From positions 232,500,001-232,564,000 of the forward strand of contig OZ024742.1 of NCBI GenBank assembly GCA_964016885.1: 64,000 nt of DNA, written 5' to 3'. Positions 26,317-39,616 of this stretch are shown here, piece after piece. The stretch is from Eledone cirrhosa. Its lineage: Eukaryota. The notes beneath the pieces were generated by a model that had not been told where the DNA came from, made no database searches, and saw only the letters and a program-made list of their open reading frames with translations. Made by a program: the position numbers and the translations under genes. The first letter of the stretch is position 1. The number at the start of each line of letters is the position of its first letter.

Positions 26317-28199
26317 GTAGAGAAAATACTTAATGTATATTCATCTTCGTCATTGTTGTCGTCCATCATTTAACATCCATCTTCCCTAATAGCAAAGGTT
26401 GGATGAGCCATCACAAATGAAGTCATTACTCAAGCAGAGCTCTTGCCCTCTCAGATTGGTTGGAGGCCTACATCTCATGTTCCCATGCTTTAACTCCTGA
26501 CCCTTTGCTTCACATGTATATAAATGTTAACTTTTGTACCTTTTCTTATTTCAAATTCTGATGAATCTGTTTATTTTCATATTTAACTCTTGATATCCTG
26601 TAAGGATTTAGCTGAAAATATCTAAAAACTGGTTTGTTGATTCAAATGTTTATAGTATCTTTACTTGTAGATGGATCATAATGAAAATTTGCAATATTAG
26701 AGAAGGTTGGGTGTCAATTCTCTCTCTCACACACACAGAAAGCAGCTTTGTTCAGGCCTAGGGAGTGGGTGGGCTCCGCCAGGTTTGAAATATCCAAGAC
26801 ATGCTCTATCTCACTATGGTATCCCTATAACTCCATCGGGAGTAGGTCCATACATATATATAAATAGGCTTAAAATTTAAAACATTAGTACTTCTCTTAA
26901 AAATAAATAGTGCTTTCTATATCAACACTTTGATTATTTACTAATCAGTTCTACATATCTATTTAATATTAATTTTGTGACATAAAGTTGGTTGGAAACT
27001 TTGCACCTTTGATGAGTTGTAGTGCACCTGAGCACTTTACACAAAAATTTCATTATTATTATTATTATTATATTATTTAGAAGTATGATTTCAAAATTTA
27101 TAAAATTAAAGTAAGAAATTCTATTTAAATTTATGTAAATTTTAAGACTCTATCTTAACATTTACAATTGCAGAGAATTAAGAAAAATAGATACAGACTT
27201 TGTAGTTTATGTTTGGAGCATTTATCATAAAAAAGAAAAAATACAATTAAGAGGTGTTCTCCATCAGCTATTAACAGGCTGTATATCAAAGAGGGTTATA
27301 ACTTTAAATAAGAACCAATACTCTAGCTAGTGCCAGTGGCACAACATACTCATAATTCACACTAAGGCATACACAATAGTAAGGCTGGTTGCTTTTCTGT
27401 TTTATATCCTTTATGTATACTATATCATCATCATCAATTTACATTTGCTTTTTGACGCTGGTGTAGGTTGGTCTGGTCATTACAGATGAATTCAACATTT
27501 AATTGGTGCTACTGACCTCTTAGATAGGCCTCAAGACAATGCCTCACTTGTATATTTTCCAATTTAGGTATGGTTTATATGGTTGGATGTCCTTCCCTAA
27601 TGCCACCTTCTTTACAGAGCAGACTAAGTGCATTTTATTGTGGTGCCAGCACTAAAAAGATTGTCAAGTTCTTGACTTGACTGAAAAGTTTGCTCGACCA
27701 TACATTGTGACTGGCTGAATGCCAACCACTTCACAATGTGTACCAGATGCATTTTATAGTGGCACCAACGCTAGGAAAGTTGCTTTGTCCCCAGACAAAT
27801 GTGTTTGAGAGTGAGAGAAGAAGAGTGGTGGTGGTGGTGGTGGCAGTGGTGATGAAGAAAGTAAAGAGATATAATAATAATAATGAAATTATTGTGTACA
27901 GTGCTCAGGTGCACTACAACTCATCAAAGGTGCATGTATAGTACATAGAATAATGTACAAATGTCAGGAAAATGAACAGTGTATGAGTCATGATATAATA
28001 ATAATTGTTTCTACTTTAGGCACAAGGCCAGCAATTACCCAGTGCATTACTGGTACTTTATTTTATCGACCCTGTAAGGATGAAAGGCAAAGTCAACCTC
28101 GGCGGGATTTGAACTCAGATCATAAAGGGACGTAACTATGCTGGAAAGCATGGCATCTGACCCTCTACCGATACTGCCAATCCACCATATTATGATATA

Positions 28200-28368
28200 A
28201 TAATAATAATAATAATAATGAAATATTGTGTACAGTGCCCAGGTGCACCACAACTCATCAAAAAGTGCATGTACAGTACATAGGGCAATGCACAAACATC
28301 AGGAAAATGAACAGTGCACGAGTCATGATACACACGTGTGCATGTGTATGGAAGGGGTACATCAGGTG
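28200..28368 (-). mobile_element. Short 3'-end copy of the CR1-group LINE (also about 16963-17100-, 27875-27995-, 27001-27070+, 39165-39225+)
   Basis: Nearly identical to 3157-3320, the LINE 3' UTR and tail. Confidence 0.85.
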
Positions 28369-28664
28369 TATATAAAAGAGAAAAGCACTTAATATTCTCT
28401 GTAAAGAAGGTAGCATTGGGGAAGGGCCTTGAACCATAGAAACCATACCTAAACTGAGTCATTGCCATCAGGCCCATCGAAGAAGACCAGCAGTAAGACA
28501 AGTGTAGTGGGATAAGACAGAATGATACAGTGGTAAGGGAGGGAGTATTGTAGAAGAGGGTGAGTAGAGGTTATATGATTGGTTGTTAGGAAGTCTAATA
28601 GACAACTGCAATGTATAATAAATCTACTTTTATATGATTTTTTCTTCTTAAATCTATGCTATAG

Positions 28665-28857
28665 TGGATCTACTGGAAAACCAAAAGGAGTTCTTCATAC
28701 AACCGGTGGCTATATGATGTATGTTTATGCAACATTCAAGTATGTGTTTGATTATCACAAGGATGATGTTTTCTGGTGTACTGCTGATGTTGGTTGGATC
28801 ACAGGTCATAGTTATGTCAGCTATGGACCCTTGGTTAATGGAGCAACAGGTGTGATT
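28665..28857 (+). CDS. ACSS2: Acetyl-CoA synthetase exon ([16 protein letters not shown]...[14 protein letters not shown]...GATGVI)
   Basis: atAG / GTgagt; 193 nt; completes the [14 protein letters not shown]-binding signature; ACS-typical [11 protein letters not shown]. Confidence 0.97.
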
Positions 28858-30274
28858 GTGAGTGAGGATTTTCTTTCTATTTCTTTTGTTTTTTTAACTA
28901 AGTCTAACAAAGAGACCAATGATATGTTTTGTTGAGAAGTAATAATCCAATAGCTACTTGACTCTTATCTAATTCATCATTACTTTTTTCTGAGGCTAGC
29001 ATATAAGCAAATGTTCTGACATCTTTGCTCTGGGCCTTCCTTGCCATATATATTTCCTCCTTTTGATCAACTTGATCACTATCATCATCATGCTGGAGCT
29101 CTGGATCCATATAAACCTTCTTATTAAGTGAAGAATTGATTGATATCACTTGCCCTTGTGTCAATGATTGCTCAATCTGCTAGAAATAGCAGCCAAATTT
29201 CCTTCAAATCACACCCAAGAAAGGACACAATTGACAATGTAGTCTTGGATTTACAAAAAGTGGGATAGTCACAGCTGGAACATCCCTGATTATATCTTTG
29301 CTTAATCAGAGTTAAACAAAGAATAATAATTGTTTCCTACATTTAACACAAGGCCAGCAATTTGGAGGGAAAGGAGAAAATCGATTAAATCAACCCCAGT
29401 GTGTTACTGGTACTTTATTTTATTGACCCTGTAAGGATGAAAGGCAAAGCTAATTTCAGTGGGATTTGAACTCAGAATACAAAAGGCTGTAACTATATGC
29501 CACCAAGCATGCTGTCCAGCGCCCAACTGATACTGCCGATCCACCATAAAGAATAATGTTAATTTCTAATTCAGGCACCAGACCAGCTATTTTTAGGGAA
29601 GCGCAATGTTGATTAAATCAACCTCAGTACATTAAGTAATCAATACTGGAAGGATGAAATACAAAGTTGTCTTTTGTGGGACTTGAACTCAGAATGTAAA
29701 AATAGCATTTTATCCAATGGTCTATTAATTCTGACAAATAATGGTTTCTGATTTTAGGCACAAGGCCAACAATTTGGGGGCAGGGGAAAGTCGATTGAAC
29801 TGACCCCGGTGTGTTACTGGGGCTTTATTTTATTTACCCCCGTAAGAATGAAAGGCAAAGCTAACTTCAGTGGGACTTGAAAATAATAATATTATTAATG
29901 ACAACATATAAAATATCTAATATTTAAAAAACAAACAATGTGAAATACTTAAATTATTTTCTTTCAAATTAGACATTTTTAGAAATATTAAATTTATATT
30001 TCTTTTATTAGCATAATTGTTGAAGGGCTTCAGTTGTGATCATGCATTGAAATATAGTATTGCATTTGTAGCATTTAACCCTTTCTATGCCAACCTGCTT
30101 AAAACAATCTCTGGTTTTATGAAACAAAACCTTCTTTCAATATGTTCATAAAACTTTCATCTTAATTTTATGTAAAAACATTTATGTTAACCCTTTAGCA
30201 TTTAAACTGTCCATAGATAAAGTATTGTTTTCAAAATAAATATGAAAATCATATAGCTTTAATATTATGTGAGA

Positions 30275-31162
30275 TGAACTGGGTGGAAAAAGTTCAGAGA
30301 GCTTATACCACTATTAGCCGCTAAAGGGTTCTCCCTAAAAATGAAAGGCAGGCTGTACGATGCCTGCATACGAACAGCAATGTTGCATGGCAGTGAGACC
30401 TGGGCATTGTGTGCAGAGGATATACGCAGACTAGAGAGAAGCGAAGCTTGCATGCTCCGCTGGATGTGTAATAGTAATATACGTGAACGACAAAGCATAA
30501 ACGAACTAAGGAAAAAATTAGAAATAAGAGGGATCAGATGTTGTTTACTAGAGAGAAGACTACGTTGGTATGGTCACGTGATGCGCATGAAAGTCGATAG
30601 CTGTATAACAAAGTGCAGGGCAATAAAGATAGACGGTAGCCACGGAATAGGCAGACCCAGAAAAACCTGGGACGAGCTGATAAACTCCGACTTCACACAC
30701 TTACACCTCACCAAGACAATGTCACTGGACCGAGACCTTTGGCGGTACTCAGTAATAGAGAAGACCCGCCTTACCTAAATACAAAGTAAAACCTACTACA
30801 GTCAGTAGGCATCTCTAACAAAATACACCCCCGTCCCACCACCCCCACCCCATCCACACTGCCCCCTTCTATGTAAAGTTATGTTGGTGCCGCACCATCC
30901 AGGCCGAAACAAATGAGATCGTGTAGGTGTCACGACAAAAAAAACACACAGTCCACGCTGTAATGTGGCCGTGTAGGCAACACGGTAAAAACCTCCCAGA
31001 CCCACACTGTAAATGTGGTTGGTGTTAGGAAGGGTATCCAACTGTAGAAAACCTGCCAGACAGTCCTATGCGAGCAAGACAATCACTCTTGCCTCAAGTG
31101 GGACTACCCCCGTCCAAACCCATGCAAGCGTGGAACACGGACGTTAAACGTTGATGATGATA
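30275..31162 (+). mobile_element. RTE LINE 3' fragment with 3' UTR and (GAT)n tail
   Basis: ORF 30341-30778 (KGRLYDAC, LHGSETW, RRLRWYGHVMRM, GRPRKTW) homologous to the 13-15.5 kb copy. Confidence 0.9.
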
Positions 31163-31452
31163 ATTATATGAGGTAAAGTGTTTACCGTGAAAATACAATA
31201 GTAAATATAAAGTAATGTAAATGCTAAAGGGTTAAGTTATTTTCAAAACACTGTATCACTAGTTGTTTAAGCTAAATTGTTGATTATTTTCAAATTTAAC
31301 TGAAGCATAAAGGTGGTACATTTCATTAGAAATATGGTTATGAAAGGGTTAAAATACTTCATTGTTGTATTCACTTCTTTTATTGATTCATTCTCTTAAA
31401 TCTTTTGTAATGATTCTGCAAAGCCTATTGACTTCATTTCTTCCTCCAACAG

Positions 31453-31586
31453 TTTGAAGGGGTCCCTTATTATCCTACTGCTGGACGTTTCTGGGAGATT
31501 GTTGAAAAATACAAAGTTTCTAAATTCTACACTGCTCCTACTGCTATTAGATGTCTGATGAAATATGGCGATGAATATGTTAAAAA
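31453..31586 (+). CDS. ACSS2: Acetyl-CoA synthetase exon ([44 protein letters not shown])
   Basis: caacAG / GTaaga; 134 nt, phase 0 to 2; FYTAPTAIR motif. Confidence 0.96.
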
Positions 31587-32130
31587 GTAAGATATCCCAA
31601 TTTCTAATTTAAAGACTGTATTCATTTACTGTTCTTCTTCTTTGCCTGCATATTCCTGATAGGGGCATGGGGGCAGAGTCCTCAAACACTTCTTCCAGCA
31701 GATCCTATCAGAGATCCTAATGAAAAATTAGTTAGTAGATGAATGTTTTCTTTCCAATTAGTGTATACAAAGATATAATTCTCATGCCTTGTTTATTTCC
31801 CAATGTGCATAGGTAATTGAACAAGTAATTTATAAATTTCTATTTTGACACAATAAACTGTAGAATTGTTGAACTGTAGTGGGAATGTAATAATAACACT
31901 GAACATAATTCTGTGACAACAGAAAGATGTCAGGCTATACTTCGAACCTGTTGAATAGAATAGTGTACCCCCGTTTAGCTGAAGCATAATATATAGGCAA
32001 TAAGCACGAGCACACTTGAATCACGTGATTGTGATATGATTGGCTGTCATTAAATAATTAAACAATTACACAGCACTTATTAGATACTACTCAATATGAG
32101 TTCAATACATGACAATAATGTTTCATATTT

Positions 32131-32168
<38 letters not shown>

Positions 32169-32169
<1 letters not shown>

Positions 32170-33057
32170 TAGCAGTGGTACCCGGCGTTGCACAGGATAA
32201 GGTATTTTGGAATGCGGGCCGCTAACAGACCTAACCGTGGAAAAACTGCATGCCTCGACAATATGTAAAGAAAATAAACCGAATACTCTGATGGCTGGAT
32301 ACAGGCAGCTAGACATACAGACAGATATTATAAGGGCGTGACGTTATATGTATGTATCTATCTAAAAAGAGAAAGACTAAGAATTATAGAGAGAGATCGC
32401 TAAATCACCTAATGCGGTCCCTAGGGCATTGAAAATTTGAAATTTCTTTTGCTCAGAAAACTCCCTGAAACATAAGTATTACATGTGTAAAGTTTGATTT
32501 CACTCGCTCCACTAAAAGTTGGATTTTCTTTGCTCACGGTAATGAGAAGAGATTGACTAATACATAGTTACCTGGTTTCTTTTTTAATGTTGTGTGAAAT
32601 ATATAACCGCCTTAACTAAGCTTAGTATTGCTACAACCACGGCTGGCAAAGAAGTAAGGGTCTGGTGGTACGTAAGTAAGCAACACTGTGGCTTAAAACG
32701 TGAGGAAGTTGTGTGCACTTCCCAACTGTTTGGGGAATGAGTGTGAGATTTGTCTTGAGCCAGGGTGGCAGAATAACCGGAGGCAGCAGACAGCCAGACA
32801 TACAGACAGATATTATAAGGGTGCGGCGTTATATGTATGTATCTATCTAAAAAGAGAAAGACTAAGAATTATAGAGAGAGATCGCTAAATCGCCTAATGC
32901 GGTACCTAGGGCATTGAAAATTTGAAATTTGTTTTGCTCAGAGCACTCCCTGAAACATAAGTATTACATGTGTAAAGTTTGAAAACAGTCGGTTGGTGGT
33001 TCTTGAGTTTTAGGGATTCAAACTCACACACAAACATCCTCAGTTTTATATATATAT
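32169..33057 (-). mobile_element. Non-autonomous Helitron related to the 46.7-50 kb family, with internal ~190-bp duplication
   Basis: Minus-strand 3' end caacgccgggtaccactgCTAG|T; 5' part matches 46780-46900; 32305-32495 is repeated at 32790-32980. Confidence 0.75.
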
Positions 33058-33059
33058 GT

Positions 33060-33880
33060 TTCTCTGGGAGGGCTCTGTGGAAACAGCAGACAGCTTCTGC
33101 TACCTAGGTGACTGAATTAGCAGCGGAGGTGGGTGTTCAGAAAGTACAATAACTAGGGTAAGAACGGGATGGAAGAAGTTCAGGGAACTACTGCCAATGA
33201 AAGGCAGACTGTATGATGCGTGTATATGAACAGCAATGTTACATGGTAGTGAGACCTGGGTGCTGAAGGTGGAAGACTTACGTAGATTAGAAAGAAACGA
33301 AGCCTGCATGCTCCGATGGATGTGTAATAGTAATATACACGAACGGCAAAGCATAAATGAATTGAGAATCAAATGCTGTATGCAGGAGAGGAGATTACAT
33401 TGGTATGGACATGTGATGCGTATGAAGGATGACAGCTGCATAAAAAGGTGCAGAGCCCTATAATTCAATGGAAACCGCGGGGTGGGGAGACCCAAGAAGA
33501 CCTGGGATGAGGTGATAAAAGCCGACCTTACCCAATTACACCTCTCAAAGGCGATGACACACGACCGTGACCTCTGGCGTCACGCAGTAATACAGAGTAC
33601 CGGACCTCCCATGTGTACAAGCTGAAGCATATAGACAATATGCCCCACACCCTCCCACTGCAAAGTGGTCGTGGAGGTGCCATGGCAAAAAAGAACCCAG
33701 CACTCACTGTAAATGAGGTTGGTGTTAGGAAGGGCATCCAGCTGTAGAAATCAAGCCAAAATCAGTTCCTGTATGAGCAAGGCATGGTCAGCCGACCAGA
33801 CACTGCCCACAACAGGACAACCCGTCTAACCCATGCTAGCATGGAAGAACGGACGTAAAACGGTGATGATGATGATGATA
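33060..33880 (+). mobile_element. RTE LINE 3' fragment with 3' UTR and (GAT)n tail
   Basis: LHGSETW...RRLHWYGHVMRM; closely matches the reverse complement of 48498-49400. Confidence 0.9.
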
Positions 33881-33903
33881 TATAGATATATATGTCTATA
33901 TAC

Positions 33904-33935
<32 letters not shown>

Positions 33936-34142
33936 ATAAATTTTGGTTTTTTGTTTGATTAACAAGCCCGATGAGCAGATTGATGCTGGAGTTGGATCTA
34001 TAACCCAAATATAGACCTTGAGCCAATCATCTGTGAAACGTGTAGAACTGGTTTTAATCAATAAAATCATTCATGTTAAACTTCGTCATATTATTGTTAA
34101 AATATATATATATATATATATATTGTATTATATTATTTTTAG

Positions 34143-34275
34143 CTGTGACGTGAGTTCACTTAAAGTTCTGGGTAGCGTTGGTGAACCTATCAATCCTGAG
34201 GCCTGGTTGTGGTATTACAATGTTGTTGGAAAAGGAAAATGTGCCATAGTTGACACTTTCTGGCAAACTGAAACG
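34143..34275 (+). CDS. ACSS2: Acetyl-CoA synthetase exon ([19 protein letters not shown]...VDTFWQTET)
   Basis: ttttAG / GTaagt; 133 nt; GSVGEPINP and DTFWQTET motifs. Confidence 0.97.
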
Positions 34276-35109
34276 GTAAGTTGATGTGAATTTGTCATAG
34301 TAAAGAATAATCTGATGGTTTTGTCATTGTGGTGGGACTTTTTACATTAATTCTATCAAATTTGAACTTCTGTGGCATACTACTTCACATCTGATACAAT
34401 TATTTCACAATCACCCTATATTGTTTTTTCTGTGACATTGGATGTCAAAAATGTTCCTGTTTTTTGTTTTCCATTTTGATATGGCAAAGTTGATGTATGT
34501 TGGACCTTCATCTGTTCCAACGATAAAAGTTTCAGTTGTTCAAACAACGGAACAGCCTGCTAATAGAATTAATATTCAAGTGGCTGAGCATTCCACAGAT
34601 ATGTAATTTACATTTTTGCTAGTTGAATGAACTTGAGCAACGTGATATTCTGACTCATGTTTCTATTGGTCTTTCAGAAGTAGGGAGTTATCTCCCCTTT
34701 ACTACATTATAAGTGTACATGACAGGACCTGGTCACACTTAATATATGGTAGTCTCCTGTAATTTGAAAAGATAGTTTCTTGCCTTGCTGTTCCCTGTGG
34801 TACCTAATAATTCATGACACTTGATTCATTACATTCATTCTGTTGTACCTTTTAATATACAGATTATATTACTTGTGTAATATGTTCCTGCTCTCTTCCA
34901 AGTGCATTTTATTGTGGCACCAGCACCAAGGAGGTTGTCACGTCTTTGTCACAGCTGAAGAGTCCTCCAGGCCCTCTATTAATATGTTTGATATCTTAAT
35001 ATGAAATATATAATCCTTATATGAAAACAGTTACTTTTATCTGTCTAATTAACTTAATATATAATTTTTTTTCAAATTGATAACATTTTGCTTTTAACAT
35101 TATTTTTAG

Positions 35110-35166
35110 GGTGGACATGTTCTAACTCCCTTGCCTGGAGCTACTCCCACAAAACCAGGTTCTGCT
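35110..35166 (+). CDS. ACSS2: Acetyl-CoA synthetase exon (GGHVLTPLPGATPTKPGSA)
   Basis: ttttAG / GTaagt; 57 nt, phase 0 to 0. Confidence 0.95.
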
Positions 35167-35319
35167 GTAAGTAATATATTTAAAACTATTATTAGTAAAA
35201 TCTATAAATAAAAAAAATATAAAAGCTTATTTATTATTATAATAGTTATAATATGTAGCATAATTTAAAAAATTTCAAGAAAGTCCCGTTTTTAATATAA
35301 TTATAGTAAAATTAATATA

Positions 35320-35927
35320 AATGGAAAAAATGAAATTTCATTTCTCACTCATAGTACGGCTGATACCTAAATATAAGTATGTATACGTACATACAGATAT
35401 GTATACAGACTACAGTAGTATGTATACACATACATACATGCACACATATATATATATATGTACGTATGGTTTACCAAACATTTATTATAATGCTCGGTTT
35501 GTTTGTAAACAAACAGCCCAAATTATTAGTACTTATATTTAGGTATCAGCCGTACTAAGAGTTTTCGGTATGCTCAGCCGACTAACTCACTCGATATGCA
35601 AATTAGGCTATTCCGCCGTTAAAATGCATAAGGAAAGTATATACTTACAAACGTTCAATCAACTGACAGGAAGGTATACGCTACTGATGACAGCTAATAA
35701 GCTAGAAACTAGTTCATCGTTCCTTTGTCAGTGTTGAACAAAATGGCAACGATGGTTGCCGAACACTGTACGGCTAATAATTCAGGCTGTTTATTTACTA
35801 ACAAACCGAGCAATATAATAAATGTTTGGTAAACCCATACGTACATATATATATGTGTGCATATATGTATGTATATACATACTACTGTACGTCTGTATAC
35901 ATATATGTATGAACGTATAGATACTTA
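35320..35927. mobile_element. Penelope-like insertion with interlocked inverted repeats and a hammerhead-like core
   Basis: 13-bp direct repeat TAAAATTAATATA at 35307-35319 and 35928-35940; inverted arms 35347-35379/35530-35562 and 35373-35529/35774-35929; CTGATGA...GAAAC at 35684-35709. Confidence 0.6.
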
Positions 35928-36702
35928 TAAAATTAATATATTTTTGGAAATATAAAATTTTATTAGAGCTTGTATTTTCTTTGTTATTTTTTTTTTTTAC
36001 ATTTTTTAAATTTTTATTATGACAAAGTTACAGTGATAAGAGGTTTGCAAGCAACCCAAATGCTTTAAGTTATAACACTTTTATTGGGACTTTTGTGAGA
36101 TAATTGCCAATAGCCAAAATATTCCAGCATAAAAGACAGAATAAAATTGCTTATCATTCATAAGATGCTTTTAGGTTTAAATTACTTTTAAGTTCATGAT
36201 TGATATAATATTCTTCTGTGAAACTAAAATTAAACTCTTCCATTGCATTGTTACCATTACTACCCACCATTGATTTTTATTTTCTGCAATAAGTGTGTGA
36301 ATCTGAGAGAGGAATATGTTGGATAAAATCATAATTAACTGATCCTCCTGTATTTCATTTAACCCAAAGCCAGGAACTTTTCAACATCCTGGTATAGATA
36401 AAAACACCCAAATAGGATATAGAAGCAAATATAATCAGATTTCTGTTGATAACATTTAGATTTGTAGATAAAAGTATTCAAAATCTTGAGATATATCTGC
36501 AGATTATTTTCATTAACATTTATATTTCATATTGAAAATCTATTATTTATTTCTAAGCCAAATCAATTTCTTCTAACCATTTAAATGATATACCTCCTTA
36601 TAGATTGTTTGAATAAATGCTAAGATAGTTGATTTTTATTCTATTCATAAGCACTGTATCCATAAATAAATAAATACAATCTATTTTTCATTAACACTTT
36701 AG

Positions 36703-36786
36703 ACTTTCCCATTCTTTGGAGTTCTGCCTGCAATTTTAACTGCTGAAGGGAAAGAAATAAAGGGACCAGTTGAAGAAGGTTATCTA
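36703..36786 (+). CDS. ACSS2: Acetyl-CoA synthetase exon (TFPFFGVLPAILTAEGKEIKGPVEEGYL)
   Basis: tttAG / GTaaga; 84 nt, phase 0 to 0. Confidence 0.94.
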
Positions 36787-37084
36787 GTAAGAAAATGTTT
36801 TTTTTTTTTTTTTCGGAATTTGTAATATATTTACATTTATGTATTTGTTTTTCAAGATTCTTGATGTGAAATTGTGCATTGAAACCGATATTGTTATATC
36901 TGGAGATGGTCATGTTGCCAATATTGCCAATAAAAAAAACACATACTCTACATAATTAAAACACTGTTGTCTCTGTGAGTGTATTTGATTGAATAAATAT
37001 AAGAATGAGGAAACTCATTGCTAGAACAGCCGTTAAAACAGCTAAATGCTGTCAAAGACTATATGATTTTCACTTTACCTTTAT

Positions 37085-37905
37085 TATCATCATCATCGTT
37101 TTTACATCTATTTTTCCATGCTTGCATGGGTTGGACTGATCCTTCTGACTACAGCATCTCTCCACTCGTCGCGTTTCTTCGTCATCTCCTCTGTGAGTCT
37201 CAGCAATTTGAGGTCGGCTCTCACTACTTCTACCCAGGTCTTTCCTGTTCTACATCTACTGTGACTTACTTCCACTGATATTTCCTGGCAATTCTTCACC
37301 CATCGGTCATCATCCATATGCATCACATGGCTGTACTAATGCAGTTTTCTCTCCTAGACACCTCCTTGTATTCCTCTTAAACCCAGTTTCTCCCTCAGCT
37401 CAACCAAGCTCTGCCTTTCACTCGCGTTTACTTTGCACATCCAATGAAGCATGACTGCTTCATTTCTCTCCAGTCTACACATGTCTTCTGTGGTCACAGC
37501 CCATGTTTCACTACCATGCAGCATCACACTTCACACTCAGGCATCATACAATTGTTCTTCTGTACATAGGGAGAAACTTTTTGTTGTCAACAGTGGGAGT
37601 AGCTCTCTACACTTTTTCCATCCTATCCTTATTTTAGCTATTATACTCTCAGAGCACCCTCCTCCACTGCTGATTAAGTCACCTAGATAGCAGAAGCTGT
37701 CAACCACTTCTATGGACCCTTCCTGTGACTTGAAGAGGTTTATATCAGTGCTGCTCTTCCTTTCAATTACTCTTATGCATCTTCTACATACAAAGTCTTC
37801 CTTTCCTGTTAATCTACCCGTTATCCCACTACATCTCTTGTGTACCCAAGATTTACATTGTGCACACCATATGGAGTTTATGCCTACTCCTTTTTTACAT
37901 ATTGA
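37085..37905 (-). mobile_element. RTE LINE 3' fragment, decayed
   Basis: Reverse complement matches 14750-15560 (DDRWVK.CQE, KTW.EVVR, RDEWRDAV). Confidence 0.88.
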
Positions 37906-38200
37906 TTATTGGTTATTGGTTAATCAATAACCAATAATAATGATAAAGTGAAAATCATATAGTGCATATGTTTTTTATTGGCAATACTGAGAACCTAACT
38001 ATCCCCAAATATAACAGTAATATCTTTAAATGCTTCTGTTTTATGAGATGTTGTTCCCATCAGGAGTGTTGTTCCCATCAGAGTTTGTAAAGAGATAAAA
38101 AAAAGGCTTTGAAACTATGGATAACTCTTATAACTCTTATAACCACTGAACATCAACTAAAAGTTTGTAATGAAAATTTATAAACATTATTTATTATTAG

Positions 38201-38309
38201 GTGTTTAAACAGCCATGGCCTGGTATGATGAGAACAGTTTATGGGGACCATGAAAGGTTTGAAACTACATATTTCAAAAAATTTCCTGGATATTACTGTA
38301 CAGGAGACG
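38201..38309 (+). CDS. ACSS2: Acetyl-CoA synthetase exon ([36 protein letters not shown])
   Basis: attAG / GTaaat; 109 nt, phase 0 to 1; PWPG..RT and TGD motifs. Confidence 0.96.
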
Positions 38310-39616
38310 GTAAATATAAATTAACTTCTTTTCTATTTGTTCAGTATTTCTCTTTTTGTTGTGTGAAATATAATATTCAGTGGAGCTATTGCTTGTTAGG
38401 TGAGGGAATGCATTAATCACCAAACTTCTGTACTAAATTAGGGTAACTTCTCAGATTTATTTAATTTATACAGTCTGTGGAATTTGATCTTCTATATCAA
38501 TGTTTCATATCTCATCTCAACCCGAATCACCTATGCTACCACCTGAAACTGCCCTGGTTCTGTATTATAAAATTGCTTTAAAGTGTTTATATTATCCAAA
38601 AACCTTCCATCATAATTTGATGTTAAAACTTTTCATAAGTTATGTTCCAAACATCAGCTTAACCCTTTAGCATTTACATTACTCTATATATACTATTATA
38701 TTTTCATAATAAAGGCTTTATCTTACATAATTATCTCACATAATATCGAATCTATGAGATTTTGATATTATTTATTTTTAGAACAATACCTTAACATCAG
38801 TATGAGTTGCCAGTTACGGCTGGTTTGAATAAAAAGAGGTGAGAAAATTCTGGTCAGACACAGCCGGTTTAAATGCTAAAGGGTTAATAATGAGAAAATT
38901 AGTTATATTACAACACCCTCCTCCAATTCCTGATTATTTTTCAAAATGATTTAAAATCATAGTTTTTTCATTAGAAATATGGTAACAAAAGTGTTAACTG
39001 CATGTAACTTCAAATGTACAAGTTGAGACTATAAAATAGGAGCTTTTCTTCCTGTTTATTTTGAAGCCTATTCACCTGTTTTGGAGTTTTATCTGTTTGC
39101 CAGTCTTATTTCTCATACAACATAATCTTGAATCCACATTCTACTTCATGAACTGTACATTTGTACATGATTCTATGTACTACACATGCACCTTTGATGA
39201 ATTGTTGTAGTGCACCTGAGCACTGGCAGCATCGGTAGAGTGTCAGACACCATGCTTTGCAGCATAGAGTTATGGCCCTTTACGTTCTGTGTTCAAATCT
39301 CGCCGAGGTTAACTTTGCTTTTCATCCTTACTTGTGCCAAAAGTAGAAACAATTATTATTTTCATTATTATCATTATTATTCACCACCCCTCACGGTGGA
39401 TTGGCAGTATTGGTAGAGGGTCGGACGCCATGCTTTGACGTATAGAGTTACGGCCCTTGCCATTCTGAGTTCAAATCCCACCAAGGTTAACTTTGCCTTT
39501 CATCCTTACGGGGTCGATAAAATAAAGTACCAGTAATGCACTGGGTAATTGCTGGCCTTGTGCCTAACGTAGAAACAATTATTATCATTATTATTATGTT
39601 ATATTTTTAAATTTAG

